In this document: one piece after another, positions 37,598-47,200 of the stretch
Position numbering within the stretch: the first letter of the stretch is position 1
Layout: each line of letters begins with the position of its first letter
NCBI GenBank assembly: GCA_024762975.1
Contig: JANTGJ010000001.1
Span: forward strand, 2,084-66,083
Direction of reading: 5' to 3'
Length of the DNA: 64,000 nt
From: Candidatus Krumholzibacteriia bacterium
GTDB taxonomy: Bacteria > Krumholzibacteriota > Krumholzibacteriia > LZORAL124-64-63
The notes under the pieces: generated by a model
Told to the model about the DNA's origin: nothing
Databases searched by the model: none
Seen by the model: only the letters and a program-made list of their open reading frames with translations
Position numbers and translations under genes: made by a program

Positions 37598-39018
37598 AGC
37601 GCCTGATCCTGACGGCGGCGATGGCCCTGCTGGTCCTTGGTGCTGGGGAAAGCCCGGCCGAGGACCTCCGCTCCGCCTACAAGAAGGCCCATGCCGCCCG
37701 CGAGGCGGAGGAGCTGAAGGCCTTGGAGATCGAGGCGCGCATCCTCAATGATCGCGACGCCCTGACGGCCGAGATGGAGCGCCTCGAGGCGGAGATGTCC
37801 GCCCTGGAGACCCGTCTGAGCAATACCGAGAAGTACATCGAGATCACCGAGGGCCGCCGCGCCGACCTGCAGGATAAGTGGGAGGGCAGCGAGCTGGACT
37901 TCCAGGAGATCAGCGGCAACGTCCGCATGGCCGCCCGCGACCTGGAGTCCATGCTGACCCAGTCCCAGCTGACGGCCTTCGATCCCGAGCGCGTGGACCT
38001 GGCCGGCCGCCTGCTGGACAGCGGTTACTTCCCCGACATCGACGACATCAGCGCCATGGCCGGCGTCATCCTGGGCGAGATCAAACAGTCCGGGCAGGTG
38101 GCCATCCGCGACGCGGAGATCATCAACCGCAGCGGCGAGAAGGAGACGGTGCCCGTGCTGGTGCTGGGCCGCTTTACCGCCGCTTACGACGCCCCCGGGG
38201 AGAACGGATTCCTGGATTATTCGACGGACGGACGCAGGTTCGTGGCCCTTTCCAAGCTGCCCACCGGCGGCCTGGGCAAGGACCTCGACGCCTACCTTGC
38301 TGGCCAGACCGATCAGGTGCCCGTGGATTTGTCGCTCGGCAATGCACTACGGCAGATCGTCTATAAAACGGATCTGATGGAGCAGATCCGGGCCGGCGGT
38401 CCGCTCGTCTACCCCATCGCCCTGCTGGCGGTGGTGGCCCTGCTGATCATCCTCTACAAGCTCATCGACCTGAGCATGGTCGGCCAGGGTACCGAGAAGT
38501 TCATGGACCGCATCCAGGATCACGTCTTCCGCGGTGAGTGGAACCGCGTGGAGGCGGTATTGGAGAAGGAGAACGGCCGCTCACCCATCACCAAGGTAAT
38601 CCGCGAGGGCATGAAGGTCCGTGACGAGGATCGCGAAACCCAGGAGAGCGTGCTGCAGGAGGCCATCCTGGCGCAGCTGCCCCGGGTGGAGCGCGGCCTG
38701 TCCATCCTGGCGGTGCTGGGCGCCGTGGCCCCGCTGCTGGGCCTGCTGGGCACAGTGACGGGCATGATCGAGACTTTCCGCGTCATCACCCTGTACGGCA
38801 CGGGCGATCCGAAGCTCATGTCCGGCGGCATCTCCGAGGCCCTGGTGACGACGGAGCTGGGGCTGGCCGTGGCTATCCCCATCATGCTGATGCACACGCT
38901 GTTGAACCGGCGCAGCGATAGCATCGTCGGCAAGATGGAGGAGAAGGCCGTGCAGCTGACCAACATCCTGCAGATCCATCGGCGGGATCCCCTGAAGGTC
39001 ATGGAGGCGAGGGGTTAG
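37594..39018 (+). CDS. TtpC-like large MotA/TolQ/ExbB family proton-channel protein with long periplasmic N-terminal domain
   Basis: About 300 aa of coiled-coil periplasmic domain, then a 3-TM ExbB-like C-terminus ('LGLLGTVTGMIETF', 'GISEALVTTELGLAVAIP'). Confidence 0.65.
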   Translation: MKRLILTAAMALLVLGAGESPAEDLRSAYKKAHAAREAEELKALEIEARILNDRDALTAEMERLEAEMSALETRLSNTEKYIEITEGRRADLQDKWEGSELDFQEISGNVRMAARDLESMLTQSQLTAFDPERVDLAGRLLDSGYFPDIDDISAMAGVILGEIKQSGQVAIRDAEIINRSGEKETVPVLVLGRFTAAYDAPGENGFLDYSTDGRRFVALSKLPTGGLGKDLDAYLAGQTDQVPVDLSLGNALRQIVYKTDLMEQIRAGGPLVYPIALLAVVALLIILYKLIDLSMVGQGTEKFMDRIQDHVFRGEWNRVEAVLEKENGRSPITKVIREGMKVRDEDRETQESVLQEAILAQLPRVERGLSILAVLGAVAPLLGLLGTVTGMIETFRVITLYGTGDPKLMSGGISEALVTTELGLAVAIPIMLMHTLLNRRSDSIVGKMEEKAVQLTNILQIHRRDPLKVMEARG

Positions 39019-39022
39019 AGCC

Positions 39023-39658
39023 ATGTTAGATCATGCAATGAACAGTCTTCTGGACGCGGTCGAGTATCTGCAGCAGGGCGGCTGGGTGATGATCCCCCTG
39101 GCGATCACCTCAGTCATCATGTGGATGATGATTCTCGAGCGGATCCTGGTCTACGCCCGCTTCGGCCGCAGTGAGCTCGATTCCTCCACGGTCCTGGCCA
39201 TCGCGCGCAACGAGAACAAGGGCGTGCGCCGGCAGGGGCTGCGAGGTGAGCTTCTGCGCCGCTTCATGATCGCCCGCTTTGGCGATCCAGAGGTGGACCG
39301 GCACGTCCTGCGCCAGCAACAGGAGGTGATGCGCCGCCATCTGCGGCAGCGCCTGGCGATGATCGCGGTGCTGGCCTCGGTGGCTCCCCTGCTGGGCCTG
39401 CTGGGCACCGTATTGGGCATGATCGAGAGCTTCGAGGTCATCTCCATCTTCGGCACCGGCAACGCCAAGGCTCTGGCCGGCGGCATCTCCATGGCCATGG
39501 TGACGACCCAGGCGGGCCTGGTGATCGCGGTGCCTGGCCTGTTCATCAGTGGCTGGCTGATGCGCAAGGCCCGCACCCTGGAACATAGTCTGGACGAGTT
39601 CGTGCAACAGATCGATCGCCCCCTGCGGGGCCTGGAAAAGGGGATGGCAGCCTCATGA
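39023..39658 (+). CDS. exbB: MotA/TolQ/ExbB proton channel protein
   Basis: 'LGLLGTVLGMIESF' and 'GISMAMVTTQAGLVIAVP' are ExbB/TolQ hallmarks. Confidence 0.8.
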   Translation: MLDHAMNSLLDAVEYLQQGGWVMIPLAITSVIMWMMILERILVYARFGRSELDSSTVLAIARNENKGVRRQGLRGELLRRFMIARFGDPEVDRHVLRQQQEVMRRHLRQRLAMIAVLASVAPLLGLLGTVLGMIESFEVISIFGTGNAKALAGGISMAMVTTQAGLVIAVPGLFISGWLMRKARTLEHSLDEFVQQIDRPLRGLEKGMAAS

Positions 39659-40074
39659 TCAACGTACGCAGAACCATTCGCGGCAGCGGCGACAACGTCG
39701 ACATCAATATGGGGCCCCTGATCGACATGGTGTTTCTGCTACTCATATTTTTCGTGGTGACGACCAGCTTCGTGAAGGAGACGGGCATCGACGTCTCGCG
39801 CAGCAACGCCGCCAGCGCCGAACCCAAGGTGAGCGCCAACATCATGGTCGGCGTCAACGAGCAGGGCGAAGTCTACTTCGAGGGCAAGCAGATCGACGTG
39901 CGCAGTGTGCGCGGCTTGGTCGAGCGCGCCCTCGCCGACGACCCCACGAGTGGCGTCATCGTCGTGGCCGATAAGGCCAGCGAGACGGGCTCCGTGGTCA
40001 AGGTCATGGATCAGGCCCGTCTGGCGGGTGCCGCCGAGGTGAGCCTCGCGGCCCAGAAGGCGACGGCGGAATGA
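39655..40074 (+). CDS. exbD: ExbD/TolR biopolymer transport protein
   Basis: 'INMGPLIDMVFLLLIFFVVT' TM segment and the ExbD periplasmic domain. ATGA overlaps on both sides. Confidence 0.8.
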   Translation: MINVRRTIRGSGDNVDINMGPLIDMVFLLLIFFVVTTSFVKETGIDVSRSNAASAEPKVSANIMVGVNEQGEVYFEGKQIDVRSVRGLVERALADDPTSGVIVVADKASETGSVVKVMDQARLAGAAEVSLAAQKATAE

Positions 40075-40703
40075 GCACCTTGGTCCTCAAGCGCGCGGCC
40101 GGCGGTAGCCTGGTGGTGGGCGGAGCGCTGCTCGCCAACCTGAGCCTGCTGATCTTGCTGGGCATCCTGACGAACCAGCACCACGCGCCGCCGTTGGTGC
40201 CCGACGCCGTGGGCGTCAGCCTGGTCAACCTGGCTCCGCCCGAACCGCCCCCGGTGGAGGATGTGCGTGAGACGCCCCCGCCCCCGCCGCAGCAGAAGCC
40301 CGATTTCGCCCCCGACCTGGTCCAGCCCAGCCTGGGCGACCTGGGCGGCGGCGGTCTCAGCATCGATCTGGGCATCGACCACGTCGAGACCGGCAACGAC
40401 ACCCAGGACTTCATCTTCGACTCGATCGATCTGGATCAGCCTCCGCGTGTCCTCGTGCAGATTCCGCCTGACTACCCCTTCAAGGCCCGCGAGCAGGGCA
40501 TCGAGGGCTACGTGGCGGTCAAGCTGCTGGTGCGTGAGGACGGCAGCGTGGGCAGTATCAACATCCTGAAGGCCAAACCGGCGGGCCTGTTCGAGGATGC
40601 CGTCCGGCGTGCCATTCCCGGCTGGCAGTTCCAGCCCGGCAAAATGGCGGGCGAATCGGTGACCTCCTGGATCGTCACGACGATCCGTTTCGACCTCAAC
40701 TAG
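40071..40703 (+). CDS. tonB: TonB family energy transducer
   Basis: N-terminal TM, a Pro-rich spacer 'APPEPPPVEDVRETPPPPPQQKP', and a C-terminal TonB domain ('YPFKAREQGIEGYVAVKLLVREDGSVGSINILKAKP'). Confidence 0.8.
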   Translation: MSTLVLKRAAGGSLVVGGALLANLSLLILLGILTNQHHAPPLVPDAVGVSLVNLAPPEPPPVEDVRETPPPPPQQKPDFAPDLVQPSLGDLGGGGLSIDLGIDHVETGNDTQDFIFDSIDLDQPPRVLVQIPPDYPFKAREQGIEGYVAVKLLVREDGSVGSINILKAKPAGLFEDAVRRAIPGWQFQPGKMAGESVTSWIVTTIRFDLN

Positions 40704-40729
40704 CCAGCAATCCGATCGGAGATCGCATC

Positions 40730-41980
40730 ATGAGCCTGAAGACCCTCATGCTTCTCGTCCTGGCTGTCCTGACCCTGGCGCCCCTGCCGGCGGGCGCCGT
40801 GGGCAGCGACAACAGTCGTTCCACCACCCTGCCCGAGATCGGCGTCGGCTCGATCCGCATGGACCCCTACGCCCTGGACCTGGTGCCCCGCCGCCTGCGC
40901 AAGCCCGTCTTCCGCGCCACCGTCCTGGTCAAGCGCGGCGAGGACGAAGCCGCCGTTCGAATCCTCTCTGAGCAGCTGGAGAACGAGCCGGACCTGGACC
41001 ACTACCTGCTGCGCTACCACTTGGGCCGCAGCCTGGCCCGCCTCGAGCGCCACGCCGAGGCCGCCGAGCAGTACCGCGCCGCCGTCACCCTGAACCCGGA
41101 ACTGGACCGGGCCTGGATCGGCTTGGGCGACAGCGCCTACAAGATCAAGGACTACGCCACCGCCGCCGAGGGTTTCGAGCAGGGCTTCCACACATCGCCC
41201 GAGCGCCCGATCTCCGTGCTCTACAGCGCCGCCGCCGCGGCCCTGCAGGACGGCGACGGTGCCCACAGCCTGCAACTCTTCCTGGAGCTGGAGACGGGCA
41301 AGTGGGGCACTATGAAGCCCGAATGGTACCGGGGCCTGGCCGCCGCTGCGCTGAAGGCGGAGGACCCCGAAGCTGCGAAGCCGGGTCTGGAAAGGATGCT
41401 GAGCCGCTATCCCGATGACCCGGTTTCCTGGCACCTCTGGTACCAGTTCAACGTGGGCACCAAGGACTACCGCGAGGCGGCCATCGCCCTGACTGTCACG
41501 GGCTACCTGCGCGATCTGACGGAAAGGGAACACGATCAGCTGGGGGACCTGTTCAACATGCTGGGTACCCCCGCCCTCAGCCTGGACCAGTACCGCGGTG
41601 CCCTTGGTGAGCAGCCGGCTGCCCACGGCTACGAGAAGCTGGTCAGCGCCGCTCTGGCCGCCCACGACACCGACACCGCCCTCGCGACCATCGACGAGGC
41701 CCTCGCCTACGAGAAGACCGCCCGCCTGTACAGCCTGCAGGGGGACGTCTTCTACCGCTTGCGCGACTACGAATCCGCCCGGGAAGCCTTCGCCCGCGTC
41801 ATGGAGCTGGATCCGGAATACTCGCGCGCCTACCTGATGGTGGGTTACTGCAGCTTGGAGCTGGGGAATAAGGAGGAGGCCCTGGACAACCTGGGCCGCG
41901 TGAGCGATGACCCGCACCACGGGGACATTGCCCAGCTCCTGATCCAGCGGGCCATGCTGCTGGAGGAGAGCGGAAGCTGA
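40730..41980 (+). CDS. secreted TPR-repeat protein (TtpD-like terminal gene of the TonB2-type cluster)
   Basis: Signal peptide followed by multiple TPR-like repeats across the protein ('AEQYRAAVTLNPELDRAWIGLGDSAYKIKDYATAAEGF'). Confidence 0.6.
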   Translation: MSLKTLMLLVLAVLTLAPLPAGAVGSDNSRSTTLPEIGVGSIRMDPYALDLVPRRLRKPVFRATVLVKRGEDEAAVRILSEQLENEPDLDHYLLRYHLGRSLARLERHAEAAEQYRAAVTLNPELDRAWIGLGDSAYKIKDYATAAEGFEQGFHTSPERPISVLYSAAAAALQDGDGAHSLQLFLELETGKWGTMKPEWYRGLAAAALKAEDPEAAKPGLERMLSRYPDDPVSWHLWYQFNVGTKDYREAAIALTVTGYLRDLTEREHDQLGDLFNMLGTPALSLDQYRGALGEQPAAHGYEKLVSAALAAHDTDTALATIDEALAYEKTARLYSLQGDVFYRLRDYESAREAFARVMELDPEYSRAYLMVGYCSLELGNKEEALDNLGRVSDDPHHGDIAQLLIQRAMLLEESGS

Positions 41981-42031
41981 TCCATTCCAGGAAAACAGGA
42001 TCGTTCTATCCCGTTATTTGCGCGTCACGCG

Positions 42032-42488
42032 TTAGACGAACCCGAGGCGGTCATCTGGGGCGCCTCCATGGCTTTCAAAATGGAGAAATCCCTCATGTTG
42101 AAGACGCCGTTCCGCCCCTTCGCCCTCTTGCTCTTCAAGGAACGCTAGCAAATCAAGACAGGCAAAATCGCCATCGAGATGCACCCGGATCCTGGCAAAA
42201 GGGAAGGATCTGCTGACTTCTGGTAGCAACCGTTTCAGTACGCCAATGGCCTCCAGTTTTGTCGGAGCACTGCCCGGGTGGAGCACTGCGGCGACCAGGT
42301 GCTGTTCCGGTTCATCATGGATCAGGGTCTACAACTGGGGCCAGCCGCACTCTACGCTGTCCGATGACAAGACGCCGATGGAATTGTACGAAGAAAATAG
42401 CGGCATGACGAAGCACGGGGAGTCTACCCTGAATACGCCGCTGACCTGTCCGAAGGATGGGGTCCATCTCATAGCGGCACAATCATAG
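42032..42488. mobile_element. short insertion-sequence remnants (two transposase fragments on opposite strands)
   Basis: The + strand 'WIRVYNWGQPHSTLSDDKTPMELYEE' resembles the C-terminal end of an integrase-core (IS3/IS481-type) transposase ('…YN-eRpHsaLgy-tP-e…'). The - strand 'ARIRVHLDGDFACLDLLAFLEEQ' resembles the 'vRvRaDSGFa…' DDE segment of IS4/IS1380-type transposases. Neither is a full-length ORF. Confidence 0.3.
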
Positions 42489-42498
42489 CGGCACAATC
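42471..42498 (+). repeat. perfect tandem duplication of a 14-bp unit (ATAGCGGCACAATC x2)
   Basis: Read directly from the sequence. The two copies are adjacent and sit just upstream of the second T9SS-CTD gene. Confidence 0.7.
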
Positions 42499-42580
42499 TT
42501 GAATGCGCACACCTCAATGTGGTATCCTGAAGGCACAGCCCGGCGGGAGACGGGATCGTTTCGATCAAAGGGGGAAATCC

Positions 42581-44101
42581 ATGTTTCGAATCTTTGTGTT
42601 CGCGGGGATCATCGTCTGCCTGCTGGCGGCCGGTGCCCATGCCGGTCTCGCCAAGTTTCAACTGCCAGCATTCAGTCCAACCCAAGTGATGAACGCTCCA
42701 GCCGTGTCCGTCGGACCGGACGGTTGGACGATGGTCGCCTACAGCACCCACGATGTGGTGCTGATGAATTTCATCGAAGTGCAGGCCATTTTGACCCGTG
42801 AGCCGGGCTGGCCGGCCGTTCTGCCGGATCCGGTAACGTTGGGCCCGGGCTACGCGCCGTACATCTGCTGGACCCGCGAAGGCTGGATCTGTGCTTTCTC
42901 CAGCGCTGGCATGCTGCGGATCGCCGAATCGGATGTGAATGGCGTGTGGGATACCGACGGCGTTGAACTCATCCCCATCGGCGGCGGGATCCTGAAAATG
43001 GATCTGTGGGGTGCCGCATCGGATGCCGCCGGACCGGACGCCTTCCTGGTGATCGAACGATACCTGGACCCGCCGGATGGTGGCTTCGAGACGCTGTACA
43101 TGTCCCGTACCACCGCCGGCTGGAGCGAGCCCGAGCTGATCGTTCCCGAATCCTCGCGGCTGCCGTATCCGCAGGTGACCTACACCTGGGGTCCTGCCGG
43201 CCCGATGCCGCAGATCTATTATCTGGACTGGATCGAGGACCAGACCGAATTGATGACGACCTATCTCGATCCGATGAGCGGCTGGTCCACGCCCGCCGCG
43301 GTACCGGGCGATGGCGTTTCCTCGCCCACGGAATTCACCGGCGACTTCGAGGTGATTCGCCATGGGACGGGTCAAACGGAGATCCTCGGCCTGGGGCCGA
43401 TGCCGACCTGTCCCTGCCGCGACATGCTGTTCCAGGAGTACGATAACGGCTGGCAGCCGACGGTTGTCGTGACCGCTCCGGTCGATCGGTACAACACGGC
43501 CTTCCTGCCGAATCTGGTGTGCGACGACCTGGGAAAAAGCTATGCGTTCTGGGTTCAGGAAGGCGCGGACCCTGCACTGGTACCGCACTCGCGGACCTTG
43601 CAGTACCGCATCCGCAGCGGTGGCGAGTGGGAGAACTGGGACACGCTCTTCGACGACCAGAGGCAGTACGCACCGGGCGTGGTCAGCGATATCGATGTTT
43701 CCCCGATCGGGGAACCGGTCATGGCCTGGACCCGCACCGATACGCTGGAGGGCGTGCCGCAGCCCGAACGGATCTGGATCGCGCAGATCAGTGGTCCTGC
43801 AACCGTGCCCGACGAGCGTACGCACGAAGCCGCATCCCTGGCAGCCTGGCCGAATCCCTTCAATCCGCGCGTGAGCCTGACGGTCGAGCCCTCGGTGGCG
43901 GGTCCGGTCCGGTTGGATATCCATGACGCGAAAGGCCGGCGAGTACGAAACCTGCTGGATGTCGCCGCCTTGTCAGAAGTTCAGACCGTGAGCTGGGACG
44001 GCACCGATGCGGCCGGGCGGGAACTGCCCAGCGGCATCTACTTCGCCCGGGCAGTCACGGCGCAGGGGGCGGTGGTCAAGAAACTGGTGCTGGCACGCTG
44101 A
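42581..44101 (+). CDS. secreted hypothetical protein with T9SS-type C-terminal sorting domain
   Basis: RBS AAAGGGGGA and signal peptide 'IFVFAGIIVCLLAAGAHAG'. The C-terminus 'AAWPNPFNPRVSLTVEPSVAGPVRLDIHDAKGRRVRNLL…LPSGIYFARAVTAQGAVVKKLVLAR' is the same CTD class as the protein at 34724-36433. Confidence 0.6.
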   Translation: MFRIFVFAGIIVCLLAAGAHAGLAKFQLPAFSPTQVMNAPAVSVGPDGWTMVAYSTHDVVLMNFIEVQAILTREPGWPAVLPDPVTLGPGYAPYICWTREGWICAFSSAGMLRIAESDVNGVWDTDGVELIPIGGGILKMDLWGAASDAAGPDAFLVIERYLDPPDGGFETLYMSRTTAGWSEPELIVPESSRLPYPQVTYTWGPAGPMPQIYYLDWIEDQTELMTTYLDPMSGWSTPAAVPGDGVSSPTEFTGDFEVIRHGTGQTEILGLGPMPTCPCRDMLFQEYDNGWQPTVVVTAPVDRYNTAFLPNLVCDDLGKSYAFWVQEGADPALVPHSRTLQYRIRSGGEWENWDTLFDDQRQYAPGVVSDIDVSPIGEPVMAWTRTDTLEGVPQPERIWIAQISGPATVPDERTHEAASLAAWPNPFNPRVSLTVEPSVAGPVRLDIHDAKGRRVRNLLDVAALSEVQTVSWDGTDAAGRELPSGIYFARAVTAQGAVVKKLVLAR

Positions 44102-44117
44102 CTTTCCGAACCTTCCT

Positions 44118-44160
44118 GCGAGACCCGTCGCTCCGGCGGGTCTCGTGATATTCCCTGCTG
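44118..44160 (+). terminator. putative rho-independent terminator
   Basis: CGAGACCCG-tcgctccgg-CGGGTCTCG hairpin followed by TGATATTCCCTGCTGTTTCGG. Confidence 0.4.
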
Positions 44161-44226
44161 TTTCGGATCCGGGACCTGGATTACCTTGGGCGCGATGGAT
44201 GTCCTGCAGCCCGGTCCGGAGACTCG

Positions 44227-47200
44227 ATGACGCAACCCGCAACAAACCCTGCCATCCCCGATATCACCGTACGCGGTGCCCATGCCCACAATCTGCAGGG
44301 CGTGGACGTCCAGATCCCACATCACCGACTGGTCGTGGTGACGGGAGTATCGGGCAGCGGAAAATCATCGCTCGCGTTCGACACGATCTGTCGCGAAGGG
44401 CAGCGGCGCTATCTCGAATCGTTTTCCAGCCGGGCCCGTCAGTTGCTGGGAAAGCTCGGGCAGTGCGAGGCCGAGAGCCTGGATCACCTCGGTGCGGCGA
44501 TCGCCTTGGATCAGAAGACCTCGGTTCGAAATCCTCGTTCCACCGTGGGTACGATCAGTGAGCTGAATGCTCATCTGCGGCTGTTGCTCGCGCGCCGGGG
44601 CGAAACGGCGACCGGTGATCATTTGTCGCGCGGCGAACTCTCGTTCAATGGACGTGGTGCCTGCGAGGCCTGCCGGGGTCTGGGCGTGCAAGATGCGATC
44701 GACCCCTCGAAACTGATTGCCGATGACCGAAAATCGCTACGCGAAGGCGCTCTGGTCATCACCACCGACAGCGGCTACGTGATGTACTCGCAAGTAACGA
44801 TGGACGTGCTGAACCAGGTTTGTCAGGCCCACGATTTCCACGTCGACATCCCCTGGCGTGAGATGACCGACGAGCAGAAGCACATCGTGCTGTACGGCAG
44901 TGATCGTATCGAGATTCCCTTCGGCAAGCATCCGCTCGAATCGCGCATGAAATGGAGCGGGATCACGGCGCGGCCACGCCAGATGGGGCACTATGGCGGG
45001 ATTGTTCCGGTCATGGAGGGCATCCTGCGGCGCGACAGGAACCGGAATATCCTGCGATTCGCGCGCACCGGGCCCTGCGAGGCCTGCGGCGGGACGCGAC
45101 TGAATGAGCGGGCGCGGTCCGTGCGCTGGGCCGGCCGGAATCTGGCCGAGATCTCGGCGCTTGCGATCGGGGAGCTGGACGCCTTTTTCCGGGGCCTCGT
45201 TGCCACCCACGTCGCGGACGAAGCCTTCCGCGCCATTGCGAAAGAGATTCTGCGGCGCACCGAGTTGCTGATCGACCTGGGCCTGGAGTACTTGACGCTG
45301 GACCGTGACGCGCCTTCGCTTTCGGGCGGTGAGGCGCAGCGAATTCGGCTGGCCGTGATCGCCGGTTCGCGACTGCGGGGCATCACCTACGTGCTGGACG
45401 AGCCGTCGATCGGGCTGCATCCGCGCGACCAGGCGCGACTGCTGGGCGTGCTGCGGCGACTGGTGGATCAGGGCAACTCGGTCCTCGTTGTCGAGCACGA
45501 CGAGGCCACGATGCGCGCGGCGGATTGGATCGTGGACATCGGGCCGGGCGCGGGGGCCGAGGGTGGCCGGGTGTTGTACTCGGGACCGCCCGAAGGGCTG
45601 ACCACATCCGGCGCGGAGAGTTCGCCGACACGCGCACTGTTGCAGGGAACCCTCGAATTTCCCGTGCCTTCGCCGCGACGTGCGACCGGAACGTTCACCG
45701 TTCGGGATGCGAAGCTGCACAACCTGCGCGGACTGGATGTCGAGTTCCGGCTCGAGTCCTTCCACGTCATCAGCGGAGTGTCCGGCGCGGGCAAGAGTTC
45801 GTTGCTGACCGAGCTGTGCACTCAGGTCGAACGCGCGCGCGAAGCCGGCGACCCCGCCGTTCGCAAACTGATCACCATCGACCAGGCGCCGATCGGCCGT
45901 ACGCCGCGCTCGAACGCGGCGACCTATACCGGGCTTTTCGACCCGCTGCGCACGCTCTACGCCAGCCAGCCGCGTGCGAAAGAGTTGGGCCTGGGCAAGG
46001 GCGATTTTTCGTTCAACAACCGGGGCGGCCGTTGTGTCGAGTGCGAGGGCGCGGGGGTGCAGCGGCTGGGCATGCACTTCCTGGGCGACGTCGAAATTCC
46101 GTGTTCGGCCTGCAGGGGGCGGCGCTTCGGTCCGAGGATTCTGGAAGTGAAGTACCGCGATCGGGACATCGCCGAGGTCCTGGATCTGTCGATTGCTGAA
46201 GCGGCGGAGTTCCTGTCCGACCAGAAGAAGCTCGCGCGCACCCTGGATGTGCTGGTCGAACTGGGATTGGGCTACCTCAGCCTGGGCCAGCCTTCGACGA
46301 CGCTCTCGGGCGGCGAGGCGCAGCGCGTGAAACTGGCCTCGGAGTTGGCCCGACCGCAGGTGGCCGGTACGTGGTATGTGCTGGACGAGCCGACCACCGG
46401 ATTGCATGGAGCGGACACGGCCGTGCTCCTGGGCGCGCTGGACCGACTGGTAGCTGCCGGCGGAACGGTCGTAGTCAGCGAGCACGACTCCGCTTTCCTG
46501 CGATTCGCGGATCGTGTGATCGATCTGGGACCCGATAGCGGGGCGAACGGCGGCGCCGTAGTCTTTGCCGGCACCCCCGCCGATCTGATGAAGTGCTCCT
46601 CCTCACTGACCGGCCGGGCACTGGCCGCAGAGGAGGTCGGCCCACCTCCGAGCCGCGACCCGGTCGAGGTGGTTTCGCCCAGTCAGCCCATCGAGTTGCT
46701 GGGCGTTCGGACCCACAACCTGCAGGACATCGATGTTTCGATTCCCGTCGGCCGGATCACGGTCATCACCGGGGTCTCGGGCAGCGGCAAATCCTCGTTG
46801 GCGATGGCCACGTTGGCGGCCGAGGGCCGGGCCCGGTACGCGGAGAACTTCTCGACCTGGGTGCGTCAGCAGTTGACCGGGTCGGCGCGCGCGGATCTGT
46901 CTTCCTCGCGCGGCCTGCTGCCTGCGGTCGCCGTCAGCCAATCCAGTGGACCGTCGAATCCGCGCTCGACGGTGGCGACCATGGCCGAGATTCATCCCCT
47001 GTTGCGGCTGCTCTACTCGCGGCTGGGTGAAGGCTTCGCCGGGGCCGAGCGTCCTACGGCGGGATTCTTCTCGTTCAATGAATTGCGCGGTGCCTGCCCA
47101 ACGTGTCGCGGCCTGGGTACGATCACGGCCTGTGATCCCCGGAAGCTGGTCACCGATCCGAGTCTGTCGCTGCTCAACGGCGCTTTGGACGGCCACAAGA

